Shown: positions 18,564-28,589, counted from the first letter of the stretch. The stretch is DNA of 64,000 nt from Actinomycetota bacterium (GCA_036519575.1 DATDKZ010000162.1:1628-65627); one strand, 5' to 3'. Translations and numbers: made by a program. The notes: generated by a model from the sequence alone, not told the origin.

Positions 18564-19355
18564 CTACTCGTAGGAGTGATCGGGGTCGGGGAACGTGCCC
18601 GCCTGGACCTCGCGAGCGAACGCTCCTGCGGCCTCCGCGATCTCCTCGCGCAGGTTCGCGTACGCCTTGGCGAACTTGGGCGGCTTGCTCTCCGACAGTC
18701 CCAGCAGATCCGTGATCACGAGCACCTGCGCGTCGCACCCCGGCCCCGCCCCGATGCCGATGGTAGGGATGTGCAGGTGCTCGGTGATCCGCGTTCCGAG
18801 CTCTGCCGGGACGCCTTCCAGGACGATCGAGAACGCGCCTGCCTTCTGGAGGGCGCTCGCTTGCTCGAGGATACGGGTGGCAGCCTCCTCACCGCGGCCC
18901 TGCACCCGATAGCCACCCATCCCGTGCACCGATTGCGGGGTCAGGCCCACGTGTGCCATGACCGGTACACCGAGCTCCACCAGGCGATGGGTCAGCTCGA
19001 CCTGGGGCCCCTCGAGCTTGACGGCGTGAGCCCCGCCTTCCTTCAGGAATCGGCCGGCGTTTCGGACTCCCTCCTCCACAGAAACTTGGTACGAAAGGAA
19101 TGGCATGTCGGCCACGACCATCGCGCTCCGCGCGCCGCGGGTCACCGCGCGGACATGATGGAGCATCTCCTCCATGGTCACGGGCAAGGTGTTCTCATAC
19201 CCCAGCACGTTCTGGGCGAGTGAATCGCCCACCAAGAGCACCGGGATACCTGCCTGGTCGAGGATTCGGGCGGTGGGGAAGTCGTAGGCGGTCAGCATCG
19301 CCCACCGCATGCCCTCCGCCTTCCATCCACGCAGGTCATGGACGGTCACGGTCAT
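18564..19355 (-). CDS. panB: 3-methyl-2-oxobutanoate hydroxymethyltransferase (ketopantoate hydroxymethyltransferase)
   Basis: MTVTVHDLRGWK…AMLTAYDFPTARILDQAGIPVLLVGDSL is a strong PanB signature. Confidence 0.9.
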   Translation of the reverse strand: MTVTVHDLRGWKAEGMRWAMLTAYDFPTARILDQAGIPVLLVGDSLAQNVLGYENTLPVTMEEMLHHVRAVTRGARSAMVVADMPFLSYQVSVEEGVRNAGRFLKEGGAHAVKLEGPQVELTHRLVELGVPVMAHVGLTPQSVHGMGGYRVQGRGEEAATRILEQASALQKAGAFSIVLEGVPAELGTRITEHLHIPTIGIGAGPGCDAQVLVITDLLGLSESKPPKFAKAYANLREEIAEAAGAFAREVQAGTFPDPDHSYE

Positions 19356-19554
19356 CGCTCGCGCCTCCTTTCGCATGAGTGCACGGCTCCGAGAGTGTAA
19401 CCCGCGGCGGATGAGCCACCTTCCAGCTGACCCGGTGGCTGTCGGTGGCCGATGCTAGGGTCGCGCCCGTGGAACAGGAGAACGCTTCGGTGGCAGGCGG
19501 GTGGACCGCCGGTCGACCCGGTAGACTCTGGGGGCCAGCCACGTCCTGCTCCCG

Positions 19555-19875
19555 GTGGGGGCCGTCCAGACCAGAGGAGGTGGGGACCTGAGGTCCTACG
19601 AAGTGATGTTCATCGTTCCCCCCGAGGCCGACGAGTCGGTCGTCGGCGGGGTCATCGATCGGATCGCCAAGATCGTCTCCCAGGCGGGGGGCGAGGTGGG
19701 CAAAGTCGATCGATGGGGGCGGCGGCGCCTGGCCTACGAGATCGCCCGTCAGAGCGAGGGGTATTACGTCGTCGTGGCGTTCACGGCGGAGCCGTCGGTG
19801 ATCGCCGAACTCGAGCGGAGCCTGCACTTCGCCGACGAGGTGCTGCGGTTCAAGGTGGTCCAGAGAGCCGCCTAA
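19555..19875 (+). CDS. rpsF: 30S ribosomal protein S6
   Basis: …LRSYEVMFIVPPEADE…GRRRLAYEI… The conserved S6 N-terminus aligns to an in-frame CTG at 19588, 7 nt after GAGGAGG. The annotated GTG at 19555 would add 11 residues. Confidence 0.85.
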   Translation: MGAVQTRGGGDLRSYEVMFIVPPEADESVVGGVIDRIAKIVSQAGGEVGKVDRWGRRRLAYEIARQSEGYYVVVAFTAEPSVIAELERSLHFADEVLRFKVVQRAA

Positions 19876-19930
19876 GTGACTTCCCCCTCCCCGGCAGGCC
19901 ATTCGCCGAGGAGTGGAAACGGACAGGTAG

Positions 19931-20392
19931 GTGATGGAGATGGCGAGCGACAACCAGATCACGATCGTCGGGAACCTCACGGACGACCCGGAGCTTCGGT
20001 ACACGCCGAACGGTGCGGCAGTGGTGAACTTCTCGGTGGCGGTCACGCCGCGGATCCGGGACGAGGGCGGTGGCTGGAAGGACGGCGACACGTCCTTCTT
20101 CCGTGTGAACGCATGGCGGACCCTGGCCGAGAACACTGCCGAGTCCCTCACCCGGGGCTCCCGGGTGGTCGTGGTGGGCCGCCTCCGCCAGCGCTCATGG
20201 GAGACCCCAGAGGGCGAACGGCGATCGGTGGTCGAGATCGAGGCCGACGAGCTGGGGCCGAGCCTTCGGTGGGCCACAGCCAAGATCGAGCGACAGGGTG
20301 GGAAGACCGGTGGCGACTGGTCGGCCAAGGCCCCCGCCCCGGTCGGTGCCGGCCAGAATTCGGACGAGGAGACGCCGCTGGATGCCCCCTAA
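19931..20392 (+). CDS. ssb: Single-stranded DNA-binding protein
   Basis: OB-fold [30 protein letters not shown]…, Gly-rich linker, acidic C-terminus ending …DEETPLDAP. Confidence 0.9.
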   Translation: MMEMASDNQITIVGNLTDDPELRYTPNGAAVVNFSVAVTPRIRDEGGGWKDGDTSFFRVNAWRTLAENTAESLTRGSRVVVVGRLRQRSWETPEGERRSVVEIEADELGPSLRWATAKIERQGGKTGGDWSAKAPAPVGAGQNSDEETPLDAP

Positions 20393-20654
20393 GACCAAGA
20401 AGCGACCACCAAGAAAAGAAAAGGAAGAGAAGGCCTGGCAGAAGAAGCAGAAGAGGAAGGTCTGCATCTTCTGCAAGGACCGGATCGAGTACGTCGACTA
20501 CAAGGACGTCATGACGCTGCGCAAGTTCGTCTCCGAGCGGGGCAAGATCCGGGCCCGCCGGGTGACCGGCAACTGCGCCCAGCATCAACGGGACGTGGCT
20601 GTGGCGGTCAAGAACGCGCGCGAGATGGCGCTGCTTCCGTACTCCAGTCGATGA
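20382..20654 (+). CDS. rpsR: 30S ribosomal protein S18 with Lys-rich N-terminal extension
   Basis: [60 protein letters not shown]. Overlaps the ssb 3' end by 11 nt. Confidence 0.9.
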   Translation: MPPKTKKRPPRKEKEEKAWQKKQKRKVCIFCKDRIEYVDYKDVMTLRKFVSERGKIRARRVTGNCAQHQRDVAVAVKNAREMALLPYSSR

Positions 20655-21100
20655 AGGTCATCCTCCAGAAGCCCGTCGACAAGCTCGGCGTGCCCGGGGA
20701 TGTGGTCGATGTCGCCGACGGGTATGCCCGTAACTACCTGATGCCCCGGGGCCTGGCGGTCAGGGCTTCCAAGGGCGGCGTGAAGCACGTCGAGAGCCTG
20801 AAACGGGCCCATACCACCAAGGTGTCTCAGGCCCAGGCTGAGGCCCAGGAGGTTGCCGATCGGCTGACCGCGAGCCCGATCAAGGTGAGGGCTCGGGTAG
20901 GCGAGGAGGGCAGGCTATTCGGGAGCGTGACTGCGGCCGAGGTCGCGGAGGAGATCGAGCGCCAGACCGGGGTGAAGGTTGACCGTCGCGACGTCCGCCT
21001 GGACGAGCCCATCCGAAGCGTCGGGGTCCACCAGGTCACGGTGCACCTGTTCACGGATGTGGATCCCGCCGTCCCGGTCGAGGTCGAACCCGCCGAGTAG
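20651..21100 (+). CDS. rplI: 50S ribosomal protein L9
   Basis: [36 protein letters not shown]… is the L9 signature. Confidence 0.9.
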   Translation: MKVILQKPVDKLGVPGDVVDVADGYARNYLMPRGLAVRASKGGVKHVESLKRAHTTKVSQAQAEAQEVADRLTASPIKVRARVGEEGRLFGSVTAAEVAEEIERQTGVKVDRRDVRLDEPIRSVGVHQVTVHLFTDVDPAVPVEVEPAE

Positions 21101-21111
21101 CGGGGTGTGCT

Positions 21112-21131
21112 GGGGTCGGCGGTACGACCCC
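21112..21131 (+). terminator. Hairpin after rplI (GGGGTCG-gcggta-CGACCCC)
   Basis: Perfect 7-bp stem 12 nt after the rplI stop. Confidence 0.35.
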
Positions 21132-21196
21132 CCGGCTGAACCAGCGACGCTCCGGTGTCCGTGCGCGCCCCGGACGGGTTCCTGACTTGCCGAATT

Positions 21197-21318
21197 ACAT
21201 GTGTGTCACTATGGGGTTGTACACACGTGTCCACGGCGTTTTCCACAGGTCCAGTGGCAGGTGGACGTGAGTCTGACAACAAACTTTCGGACCCCACCTG
21301 GGGCGGAATTGTCCACAG
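21197..21318 (+). promoter_or_regulatory. dnaB upstream region with three or four DnaA-box-like motifs and an AT-richer inverted repeat
   Basis: TTGTCCACA (21309-21317) matches the actinobacterial DnaA-box consensus. Also TTTTCCACA (21239-21247), TGTCCACG (21228-21235) and GTCCACC on the minus strand (21261-21268). IR ACATGTGTGT…ACACACGTGT at 21197-21230. Confidence 0.35.
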
Positions 21319-21393
21319 GCGATTTCCCCTTCCCTCCTGGGAGGCGGGCGTCTACCGTCTGCACCTCGCCGCGCGTTCGGGAGAGGGGGATCG

Positions 21394-22746
21394 TTGGCGA
21401 CGAGAGCTGACGATGTCCGCCGTCTCCGGCCCGAACGGGTACCGCCCCACAACCTGGAAGCCGAGGAGTCCGTCCTCGGCGCCATGATGCTCTCGACGGA
21501 GGCCATCGCCGACGTCGTCGAGGTGGTCAAGCCCGAGGACTTCTACAAGTCCGCGAACGGCACAATCTTCGACACGCTCCGGGGGATCTACGCGCGGGGT
21601 GATCCGGTCGATGCCATCACCGCAGTCGAGGACCTCCGACGGCGCGGTGTGCTGGAACAGGTCGGCGGGCACCTGTACATCCACGAGCTGGTCGAGCAGG
21701 TGCCGACACCGGCCGCGGCGGGCAACTACGCGCGGATCGTGGCGCAGCACGCGCTCCTGCGGCGACTGATCCAGGCGGCGGGCGACATCATGGAGATGGG
21801 GTACTCGGCCCCTGAGGACCCCGAGCGGGTGGCCGACGAAGCCGAGCAGCGCATCTACGACGTGGCCCGCCACGGCGAGAAGGACCAGGTGGCCTCCCTT
21901 CGGGAGCTGGTGGACCAGGCCATGACCGACCTGGAGCAGATCCAGAACCGGGAGTCGGCCTTCGCCGGCCTGCCGACCGGGTTCCGGGATCTGGACGAGC
22001 TGCTGTCGGGCCTGCAATCGGGCAACCTGGTGATCGTGGCGGCCCGTCCCGGCGTCGGGAAGTCCTCGTTCGCTACGAACGTCGCCAGGAACGCGGCGGT
22101 CGAGTCCAGGGTGCCCGTGGCGATGTTCTCACTCGAGATGTCGAGGTGGGAGATCGGGATGCGCCTCCTGTGCGGCGAGGCGGGGGTCCCTTGGGACCGG
22201 ATCCGGGGGCGGCGCGTGGGCGCCGATGACTGGTCGCGGGTCGTCCAAGCCGCGGAGGTCCTGCACGATGCGCCGCTGTCGATCGTGGACTCGGGCAACG
22301 TCACGATCGTCGATATCAGGGCCAAGGCCCGGCGGCTCGCAGCTCGGAGGCAGGGCCTGGGGCTGATCATCGTGGATTACCTCCAACTGATGTCGCACCA
22401 CCGAAGGGTGGACAACCGTCAGCAGGAGATCGCCGAGATCAGCAGGAGCCTCAAGCTCCTGGCCAAGGAGCTGAAGATCCCGGTCATCGCCGTCTCCCAG
22501 CTGAACCGGGACCCCGAGCGACGGCAGGACAAGCGCCCCCAGCTCTCGGACCTGCGCGAATCTGGTGCGATCGAACAGGATTCCGACGTCGTCATGTTCA
22601 TCCATCGCGATGACTCCGATCCGGCGAAGAAGGGACTCGCCGACCTGATCGTGGCCAAGCACCGGAATGGGCCGACCGACACGGTCCCCGTAACGTTCCT
22701 TCCGCATCTCACGCAGTTCCGGAACTACGCCCCGGCCTCCGCCTAG
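21394..22746 (+). CDS. dnaB: Replicative DNA helicase DnaB (no intein)
   Basis: N-terminal PPHNLEAEESVLGAMM, Walker A GARPGVGKSSFA, RecA-like C-terminal domain. TTG start 3 nt after AGGGGGA. Confidence 0.9.
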   Translation: MATRADDVRRLRPERVPPHNLEAEESVLGAMMLSTEAIADVVEVVKPEDFYKSANGTIFDTLRGIYARGDPVDAITAVEDLRRRGVLEQVGGHLYIHELVEQVPTPAAAGNYARIVAQHALLRRLIQAAGDIMEMGYSAPEDPERVADEAEQRIYDVARHGEKDQVASLRELVDQAMTDLEQIQNRESAFAGLPTGFRDLDELLSGLQSGNLVIVAARPGVGKSSFATNVARNAAVESRVPVAMFSLEMSRWEIGMRLLCGEAGVPWDRIRGRRVGADDWSRVVQAAEVLHDAPLSIVDSGNVTIVDIRAKARRLAARRQGLGLIIVDYLQLMSHHRRVDNRQQEIAEISRSLKLLAKELKIPVIAVSQLNRDPERRQDKRPQLSDLRESGAIEQDSDVVMFIHRDDSDPAKKGLADLIVAKHRNGPTDTVPVTFLPHLTQFRNYAPASA

Positions 22747-22773
22747 CCCTGTCCTGCCCTAGGCTGCCGGGGC

Positions 22774-23463
22774 ATGACGGCCGATGCACGCCGTGTCCGC
22801 GCCATCCACCGCCGGCTGTTGCGGCATTTCGGCTCGCTCGAGCCGCCCCGTCGGAGCGATCCGCTCGACGAGCTCATCCTCACCGTGCTCTCGCAGAACA
22901 CGAGCGACGCCAACAGCTTCAGGGCCTACGAATCGCTTCGGGCCAGGTTCCCGACGTGGGAAGCACTGGCCGGGGCTCGCCCGTCGGAGGTTGCGGCCTC
23001 GATCCGCTCGGGCGGCCTGTCGAACGTGAAGGCGCCGCGCATCCTGGCCATCCTGCGCGCGATCCAGGAACGCGAGGGACATCTCGACCTGTCCCTCCTC
23101 CGCGGCAAGAGCGACGCGGACGCGCGAGACTACCTGACCTCCCTTCCAGGGGTCGGGCCGAAGACAGCGGCCGTTGTGCTGGCGTTCTCGCTCGATCGTC
23201 CGGCCCTCCCGGTGGATACGCACGTCCATCGCGTGGCGAGCCGCCTCGGCCTGATCCCGCCGAACTCGTCCGCGGCCAGGGCGCAGGACATCCTGGAGGC
23301 GATCACACCCGTGGACATCCGGGTCGCGATGCATGTCGGCCTGATCCGCTTAGGCCGGGAGATCTGCAAGCCGGGCCGGCCGAGGTGCGAGGTGTGTCCG
23401 CTCGCCGACCTGTGTCCCACAGCGCCCACGATCCTCGGCGAGAAGCCCCGAGGTGGTGCCTGA
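22774..23463 (+). CDS. nth: Endonuclease III-like HhH-GPD DNA glycosylase with a [4Fe-4S] cluster loop
   Basis: HhH-GPD motif LPGVGPKTAAVVL, catalytic D at PVDTHV, and C-x6-C-x2-C-x5-C (CKPGRPRCEVCPLADLC). Confidence 0.8.
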   Translation: MTADARRVRAIHRRLLRHFGSLEPPRRSDPLDELILTVLSQNTSDANSFRAYESLRARFPTWEALAGARPSEVAASIRSGGLSNVKAPRILAILRAIQEREGHLDLSLLRGKSDADARDYLTSLPGVGPKTAAVVLAFSLDRPALPVDTHVHRVASRLGLIPPNSSAARAQDILEAITPVDIRVAMHVGLIRLGREICKPGRPRCEVCPLADLCPTAPTILGEKPRGGA

Positions 23464-23491
23464 GCGAGCGGCGCCCGCGACCCTACCTGGA

Positions 23492-23565
23492 TGGAGCGGG
23501 CGAGGGGAATCGAACCCCCGTCTCGAGCTTGGGAAGCTCACGTTCTGCCATTGAACCACGCCCGC
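23492..23565 (-). tRNA. tRNA-Gly (anticodon CCC), 74 nt, CCA encoded
   Basis: Cloverleaf folded by hand: acceptor GCGGGCG/CGCCCGC, anticodon arm TGAGC-TTCCCAA-GCTCG, T-arm GGGGG-TTCGATT-CCCCT, then CCA. Confidence 0.85.
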
Positions 23566-23684
23566 TTGGCGCAACACCGGCCGGTCGCCGGCCTCGATCG
23601 GGCAGTGTATCGAGGCCTCGGGGCCCCTGCTTCGAGGCGGACTCGGGCTTCGGTTCTGGGCGACCTGTTAGCGTTCCTGCTCCC

Positions 23685-24731
23685 ATGCAGGACCAGGTTG
23701 CCGGGCAGGACCCCACTTTCTGGCCGACCCTTCTCTTGCGGCTGACCGGAGGGCAGTCCCTCTCGTCGGAGCAGGCCGCCCGGGCCATGCTGGCGATCAT
23801 GGAAGGAAACGCCACGCCGGCGCAGGTCGGCGGATTCTTGATGGCCCTTCGCACGAAGGGTGAGACCGTCGACGAGATCGAGGGCCTGTCCCGCACCGCC
23901 CTCGAGCTGGCGCAGCCGGTGCGCTCATCCGAGCCCGTTGTCGACACCTGCGGGACCGGAGGTGACCGGTCGGAGACGTTCAACATCTCCACGCTCGCCG
24001 CCATCGTGGTTGCGGGCGCCGGGGTCGCCGTCGCCAAGCACGGCAATCGAGCGGCCTCGTCGCACTGCGGGTCGGCGGACCTGCTCGAAGCTCTCGGCGT
24101 TCGGATCGACCTCGGATCGGACGGAGTCGAGCGATGCCTTGCCGAGGCGGGGATCGCGTTCATGTTCGCCCCCGTCTTCCATCCCGGCGCCGCGTATGCA
24201 GCACCGGTCCGCCGGGAGCTGCGCGTGCCCACAGCGTTCAACTTCCTCGGCCCTCTCACGAACCCGGCCCGGCCGCATGCCCAGGTGGTCGGGGTGTCCG
24301 ACCAGCGGATGCTGCCGCTCATCGCGGAGGTTCTGGCCCGGCGGAGGATCAGAGCCAAGGTCTTCCGAGGGCAGGACGGCCTGGACGAGCTCACGACGAC
24401 CGGGCCGTCCACGGTCTACGAGACCGCGAACGGCGACGTCAAGGAACGGCTCCTCGACCCCGGAGACCTCGGACTCGCCCGAGCAACGGGTGCCGACCTG
24501 AAAGGCGGCGACGCGGCGACGAATGCCGGCATCGCGCGGTCCGTGCTCGCGGGCGAGCACGGACCGCCGCGCGACGTGGTGGTCCTCAACGCCGGTGCTG
24601 CCCTGGAGGTGGCGGGGCGCGCCACGAGCGTCAAGGACGGGATGGCCGCCGCGTCCGAATCGATCGACTCCGGGGCCGCTGCGCGAGCGCTCGAACGATG
24701 GGTCGAGATCTCTCAGCGAGCCGCGGGGTGA
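23685..24731 (+). CDS. trpD: Anthranilate phosphoribosyltransferase
   Basis: 348 aa. GTGGD motif ([17 protein letters not shown]) and KHGNRA are TrpD signatures. Confidence 0.9.
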   Translation: MQDQVAGQDPTFWPTLLLRLTGGQSLSSEQAARAMLAIMEGNATPAQVGGFLMALRTKGETVDEIEGLSRTALELAQPVRSSEPVVDTCGTGGDRSETFNISTLAAIVVAGAGVAVAKHGNRAASSHCGSADLLEALGVRIDLGSDGVERCLAEAGIAFMFAPVFHPGAAYAAPVRRELRVPTAFNFLGPLTNPARPHAQVVGVSDQRMLPLIAEVLARRRIRAKVFRGQDGLDELTTTGPSTVYETANGDVKERLLDPGDLGLARATGADLKGGDAATNAGIARSVLAGEHGPPRDVVVLNAGAALEVAGRATSVKDGMAAASESIDSGAAARALERWVEISQRAAG

Positions 24732-24774
24732 GCCACGACGCAGGTCTCCGGTTCGACCCGGTAGCATCGCGCCG

Positions 24775-25353
24775 ATGATCCTCTCGGACGTCGACATCCG
24801 AAAGGAGATCGAATCGGGCCGCATCGTGATCGACCCGTTCGACCCGGCCGCGATCCAGCCGTCCTCGATCGACCTCCACGTCGACGACCGATTCCGTGTG
24901 TTCGCCAACTCACGGTACCCCTACATCGACGTGAAGAAGGAGATGCCCGGCCTCACCGAGGTGGTCGAGGTCGCCGACCCGGACCCGTTCATCCTGCACC
25001 CCGGTGAATTCGTGCTGGGGTCGACCCTCGAACGCGTCGCCATCCCCGACGACATGGTCGCCAGGCTGGAGGGCAAGTCGTCTCTCGGACGACTCGGTCT
25101 CCTGATCCACTCGACTGCCGGGTACGTGGATCCAGGGTGGGACGGCTTCCTCACCCTGGAGCTGTCGAACGTGGCCAATCTCCCCATCACGATCTACCCG
25201 GGAATGAAGATCGGACAGATCTCGTTCTTCCGGCTCTCGACCCCCGCCGAGCGGCCGTACGGGTCCAGCGAGACCAGGAGCAAGTACCAGGGGCAGCGCG
25301 GTCCGACGGCCAGCCGGTTCTTCGAGGAGTTCGGCGAGCCGGGAACTCGCTGA
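24775..25353 (+). CDS. dcd: dCTP deaminase
   Basis: 192 aa: [12 protein letters not shown]…SSIDLHV…[12 protein letters not shown] is the dUTPase-fold Dcd family. Confidence 0.9.
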   Translation: MILSDVDIRKEIESGRIVIDPFDPAAIQPSSIDLHVDDRFRVFANSRYPYIDVKKEMPGLTEVVEVADPDPFILHPGEFVLGSTLERVAIPDDMVARLEGKSSLGRLGLLIHSTAGYVDPGWDGFLTLELSNVANLPITIYPGMKIGQISFFRLSTPAERPYGSSETRSKYQGQRGPTASRFFEEFGEPGTR

Positions 25354-25372
25354 CGCCGGACCGACTCGCCGC

Positions 25373-28300
25373 TCAGCCGATCTGAGGATCGCCCGACCGG
25401 GCGCCCAGCCGGTACAGGGCTCCCTCGGCCGCGGCCACGACCTCCGGCACGGGGTCGTTGAGGACCGCCGCGACGATCGCATCCGCACCGCGCGGATCCC
25501 CCAGCGTGGCCAGGAACTGCGTGGAGCGGAGCCGGATCCGCTCGTCCGGATCCGAGAGCACCCCGATCAGGGCGTCGACGGCCTCGGGGCCACCGACCGC
25601 TCCGATGGCCTCGACGGCCCGTAACCGCGCATCCGCTTCCGTGGAGTCGAGGCGTCCCGCGAGCCGGGCCACCCCGACCACGTCTCGGAGCAAGCCACCC
25701 ACGATGGGCACCACTTCGGCGGTCCCGTGGAGCAACACGTCGATGAGCAACTCCTGCGACGAGGGCCCGATCTTCCTCAGAAGGTCGGTGGCGGCATCGC
25801 GCAGGTTGGGAACGGCCAGCACACCGGCCAGCCGCTTGGCAACCGCTGGCGAGCTCCATTGAGTGAGGACCTCGCTGGCAGCCGTTCGCACCCCCGCATC
25901 GTCGTCCTGGAGCGCAGCCACCAGGAAGCCGAGCACCGCCTCGTCGTCGATGACGCCCAGGGCTCGCACGGCCTCCACCCGAACCTCGGGGAACGAATCG
26001 CCGATGGCATTGCCCAGCGCTTGCACCGCGGACGTGTCGCGGAGGCGCCCGAGAGCCGACGCGGCCGCCGCCCGAACCGCGGGGACCGGATCCTGGAGGG
26101 ACTGGATCGATGCCTCGAGGCAAGCCTGGCTCCCGCTCCATCCGGCCAGCTCGAGGGCCAGCACCCGTTCGTCCTGGTCGGGCGACGCGTGGTGCTTGAG
26201 CGCGAGCTCGGTCAGGGCGGCTTCGTTGGTGTGGGAGAACACCGAGCCGAGCTCGGTCCGCTCCTCGGGTCGGCACTGGCGAAGGGCCGACCACACGAAC
26301 TCGTGATCGTTATCCTCCCTGGTAGCGAGCTGGTTCATGGCCGCGCGCCTGACCGATTCTTCCCCATCGGACAATCCCTGGAGAACGAAGGGATCGGCCT
26401 CCCGACCCAGGCCCGGCGCGAGCTCATCGAGGGCCGCGGCCCGAACGACCGGATCGAGATCGGCCATCGCCCGGGTCATGGCAGCGGAGGTATCGATGTT
26501 GGCCATGGCGATCACGTGGACGGCTGCGGCTCGAAGGGGCGCCGACTGATCGGTCTCAAGCACGAACCGGGCGATGTCCACGTAGCTCGGGTCGCCGGAT
26601 TCACCCATCACCTCCAGGACCGCCATGCGGACCGGAACCGACGAGTCGTCGAGATGTCCCCGAAGGTAGGGCATCACGGTCGGACCCGACGCGCTCCAGA
26701 GCACTCGGATCGCCTCTGGTTTGCGAGATTCGTCCACCTGCCCCAGCAGGCCGATGAGGTCCTCCAGCCGCACCCGGGCGAGGGCCTTCAGGAACGGGTC
26801 GCGCGCCTCGAGCGGAAGCTCCATCGCTCGGTTCAGGATGTCTAGTCCGAGCTCGTAAAGGCGGAGCGCGCCCACGGTCTCCGCCGCGGCGGACGCCATC
26901 TCCACGTCACCGGTGCGCATGGCTTCGCGGGCCCACGCCAGCACACGGCCTCGCTCCACCCCTCCCAGGCTCGACCGTGCGAGGTAGCGGACCGCCTCGT
27001 CTGCATCGTGCAACGACCGGGCGAGTGACGCGATGCGTTCGGCCTCCACCGGAGCAAGGGACGCGTCGTCGGCGAACTCCGTTCCGGCGACCGCGGACTC
27101 GTCGGTTCGGGCGATGGCGTCGGCGGCGACCTCCGCCACTTCGCGGATCTCGTCCAGGGGGTCCGAGACCAGGGTGGCCAGCGCCCGGAGGATCTCCGGA
27201 GCCTCTTCGCCCTCCACCAGGATCCGGACGGCCCCCAGACGCCTGACGTCGGGCAGCGACAGGCTACCGACCAGTCGCGAGATGCCGATGGCCCGGCTGA
27301 GCCGCGCGATCGATGTGCCTTCTGCGGTTGTGGGCGGGGAATCCATCTCGCCGATCGAGGTCAGGAGCAGGTCGAGCTCGGTCTCATCGAGGGTGGACGT
27401 CGATGCCAAGAGCTCGGGCAGCAGCTCGAGCGCTGCCGCTTGGGTGAGCGGCCAGCGGCGTGCGGCGATCAGCGGAGCAAGTAGCACGAGATCCCGAGAA
27501 CCACGTTCGGCTGCAAGGCGAACCGCCGCGGCCCGAACCTCGTCGGCTGGGTCCATGAGTGCCTGCTTGATCGTGGCGTCGTCGACACGGTCGGCCCGGT
27601 TCGACAGGACCCCTAGGGCCAACCGGCGGACCTCCTGATCCGGGTCGAGCAACAAGCCAACGACCTGCTCCAGCTCGCTATCGCCCGGGCCGCGCTCGTT
27701 AAGCTCCCGGAGGGCACGGCGCCGCTCGTCCGGATCGCGAGCGGCAAGCGAAGGGCCGACGGACTCCGGCTGGGGCTCCGGCGCCGGCTCCGGACGCGGC
27801 TCGTCAGCTTGGCTGGGCGCAACATCGGCTTTCCAAGCGCCGGCTTCGACAGCTTCAACGGCTTGGGCAGGTCCGCCCGGCTCGGCCGCGACGGCACGAT
27901 CCGGTTCGACGGGCTCGGGGCTGTGAGGAGCCTCCGGCTTTGCCGCCCTGAGCGCACTCAGCCGTCGCTGCAGGATTTCGACGGCCGAGGGCTTCGAGAC
28001 ATCCGCCGCAGGTTGCTCGGGCTCAACCGGCGCTGGCGGCTCGGGGATCTCCGCCGCAGGTTGCTCGGGCTCAACCGGCGCGGGCGGCTCGAGGATCTCC
28101 GCCGCAGGTTGCTCGGGCTCAACCGGTGCTGGCGCCTCTGACGTCTGGGGGGCAGGCTGCTCGAGCTTCGGCGGTGCCTGCGGCTCATCCTCGGACGAGC
28201 GCTGATCAGGCGGTTGCGAGGCGGCGGGGGCCTCCTCCTCATCCTCCTCCGCGATCTTGGCGCGGCGCTCTGCCAGCGCCTTCAAGCTCCGGTACCAATC

Positions 28301-28450
28301 CTCCTCGTACGCGTCCACCTGTTTGCCCTTCGGAGGTGAGCCATCCGCTTCGGAGCCCCCGGCTGCGCCGGAGGAGGCGTCACTGTCCTCGGATCCGTCT
28401 TCTCCCTTCTGGCCGAGGAAGCCGCCGATCAGACCCTGCTTGCGTTCCAT
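25373..28450 (-). CDS. Large HEAT-repeat (PBS-lyase/E-Z type) protein with an approximately 270-aa acidic Pro/Glu-rich disordered N-terminal region
   Basis: 1,025 aa with more than 15 degenerate HEAT units (DPxxEVRxxAxxxLGxLG). N-terminus MERKQGLIGGFLGQKGE…DWYRSLKALAERRAKIAEE, followed by 16-aa tandem repeats PPAPVEPEQPAAEIxE. Confidence 0.75.
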   Translation of the reverse strand: MERKQGLIGGFLGQKGEDGSEDSDASSGAAGGSEADGSPPKGKQVDAYEEDWYRSLKALAERRAKIAEEDEEEAPAASQPPDQRSSEDEPQAPPKLEQPAPQTSEAPAPVEPEQPAAEILEPPAPVEPEQPAAEIPEPPAPVEPEQPAADVSKPSAVEILQRRLSALRAAKPEAPHSPEPVEPDRAVAAEPGGPAQAVEAVEAGAWKADVAPSQADEPRPEPAPEPQPESVGPSLAARDPDERRRALRELNERGPGDSELEQVVGLLLDPDQEVRRLALGVLSNRADRVDDATIKQALMDPADEVRAAAVRLAAERGSRDLVLLAPLIAARRWPLTQAAALELLPELLASTSTLDETELDLLLTSIGEMDSPPTTAEGTSIARLSRAIGISRLVGSLSLPDVRRLGAVRILVEGEEAPEILRALATLVSDPLDEIREVAEVAADAIARTDESAVAGTEFADDASLAPVEAERIASLARSLHDADEAVRYLARSSLGGVERGRVLAWAREAMRTGDVEMASAAAETVGALRLYELGLDILNRAMELPLEARDPFLKALARVRLEDLIGLLGQVDESRKPEAIRVLWSASGPTVMPYLRGHLDDSSVPVRMAVLEVMGESGDPSYVDIARFVLETDQSAPLRAAAVHVIAMANIDTSAAMTRAMADLDPVVRAAALDELAPGLGREADPFVLQGLSDGEESVRRAAMNQLATREDNDHEFVWSALRQCRPEERTELGSVFSHTNEAALTELALKHHASPDQDERVLALELAGWSGSQACLEASIQSLQDPVPAVRAAAASALGRLRDTSAVQALGNAIGDSFPEVRVEAVRALGVIDDEAVLGFLVAALQDDDAGVRTAASEVLTQWSSPAVAKRLAGVLAVPNLRDAATDLLRKIGPSSQELLIDVLLHGTAEVVPIVGGLLRDVVGVARLAGRLDSTEADARLRAVEAIGAVGGPEAVDALIGVLSDPDERIRLRSTQFLATLGDPRGADAIVAAVLNDPVPEVVAAAEGALYRLGARSGDPQIG
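27992..28135. repeat. 48-bp coding tandem repeat, about three copies, inside the HEAT-protein gene
   Basis: The motif ccgccgcagg recurs at 48-nt intervals (period 48) with near-identical units that diverge in the third copy. Encodes 3 x PPAPVEPEQPAAEI. Confidence 0.7.
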
Positions 28451-28589
28451 CTATCCGCCGCCTCCGGCCGTCCCCTTCCCGCTCCGCGATGCGGGCGCCC
28501 GTCGTCCATCTCCGGCCGTGCCCGAGCCTCTCCGGGCTCGCCCGGATCCACTCCTCACCGCCGCCGGCATCTCGGTGACCACGGGGGGG

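Noticed and set aside
21101-21393. The DnaA-box cluster could be the chromosomal origin oriC
   Set aside because: dnaA and dnaN are absent. The flanking genes are rplI and dnaB, which in Actinobacteria lie near but not at oriC. The signal is better explained as a regulatory or titration site.
23350-23577. 75-aa ORF on the minus strand
   Set aside because: Its translation (…AGVVQWQNVSFPSSRRGFDSPRPLH…) is just the tRNA-Gly(CCC) gene read as protein.
27992-28135. Regularly spaced 48-bp repeats could be a CRISPR array
   Set aside because: The units are contiguous with no spacers. They lie in frame inside a long ORF and encode a repeated peptide, so this is a coding tandem repeat.
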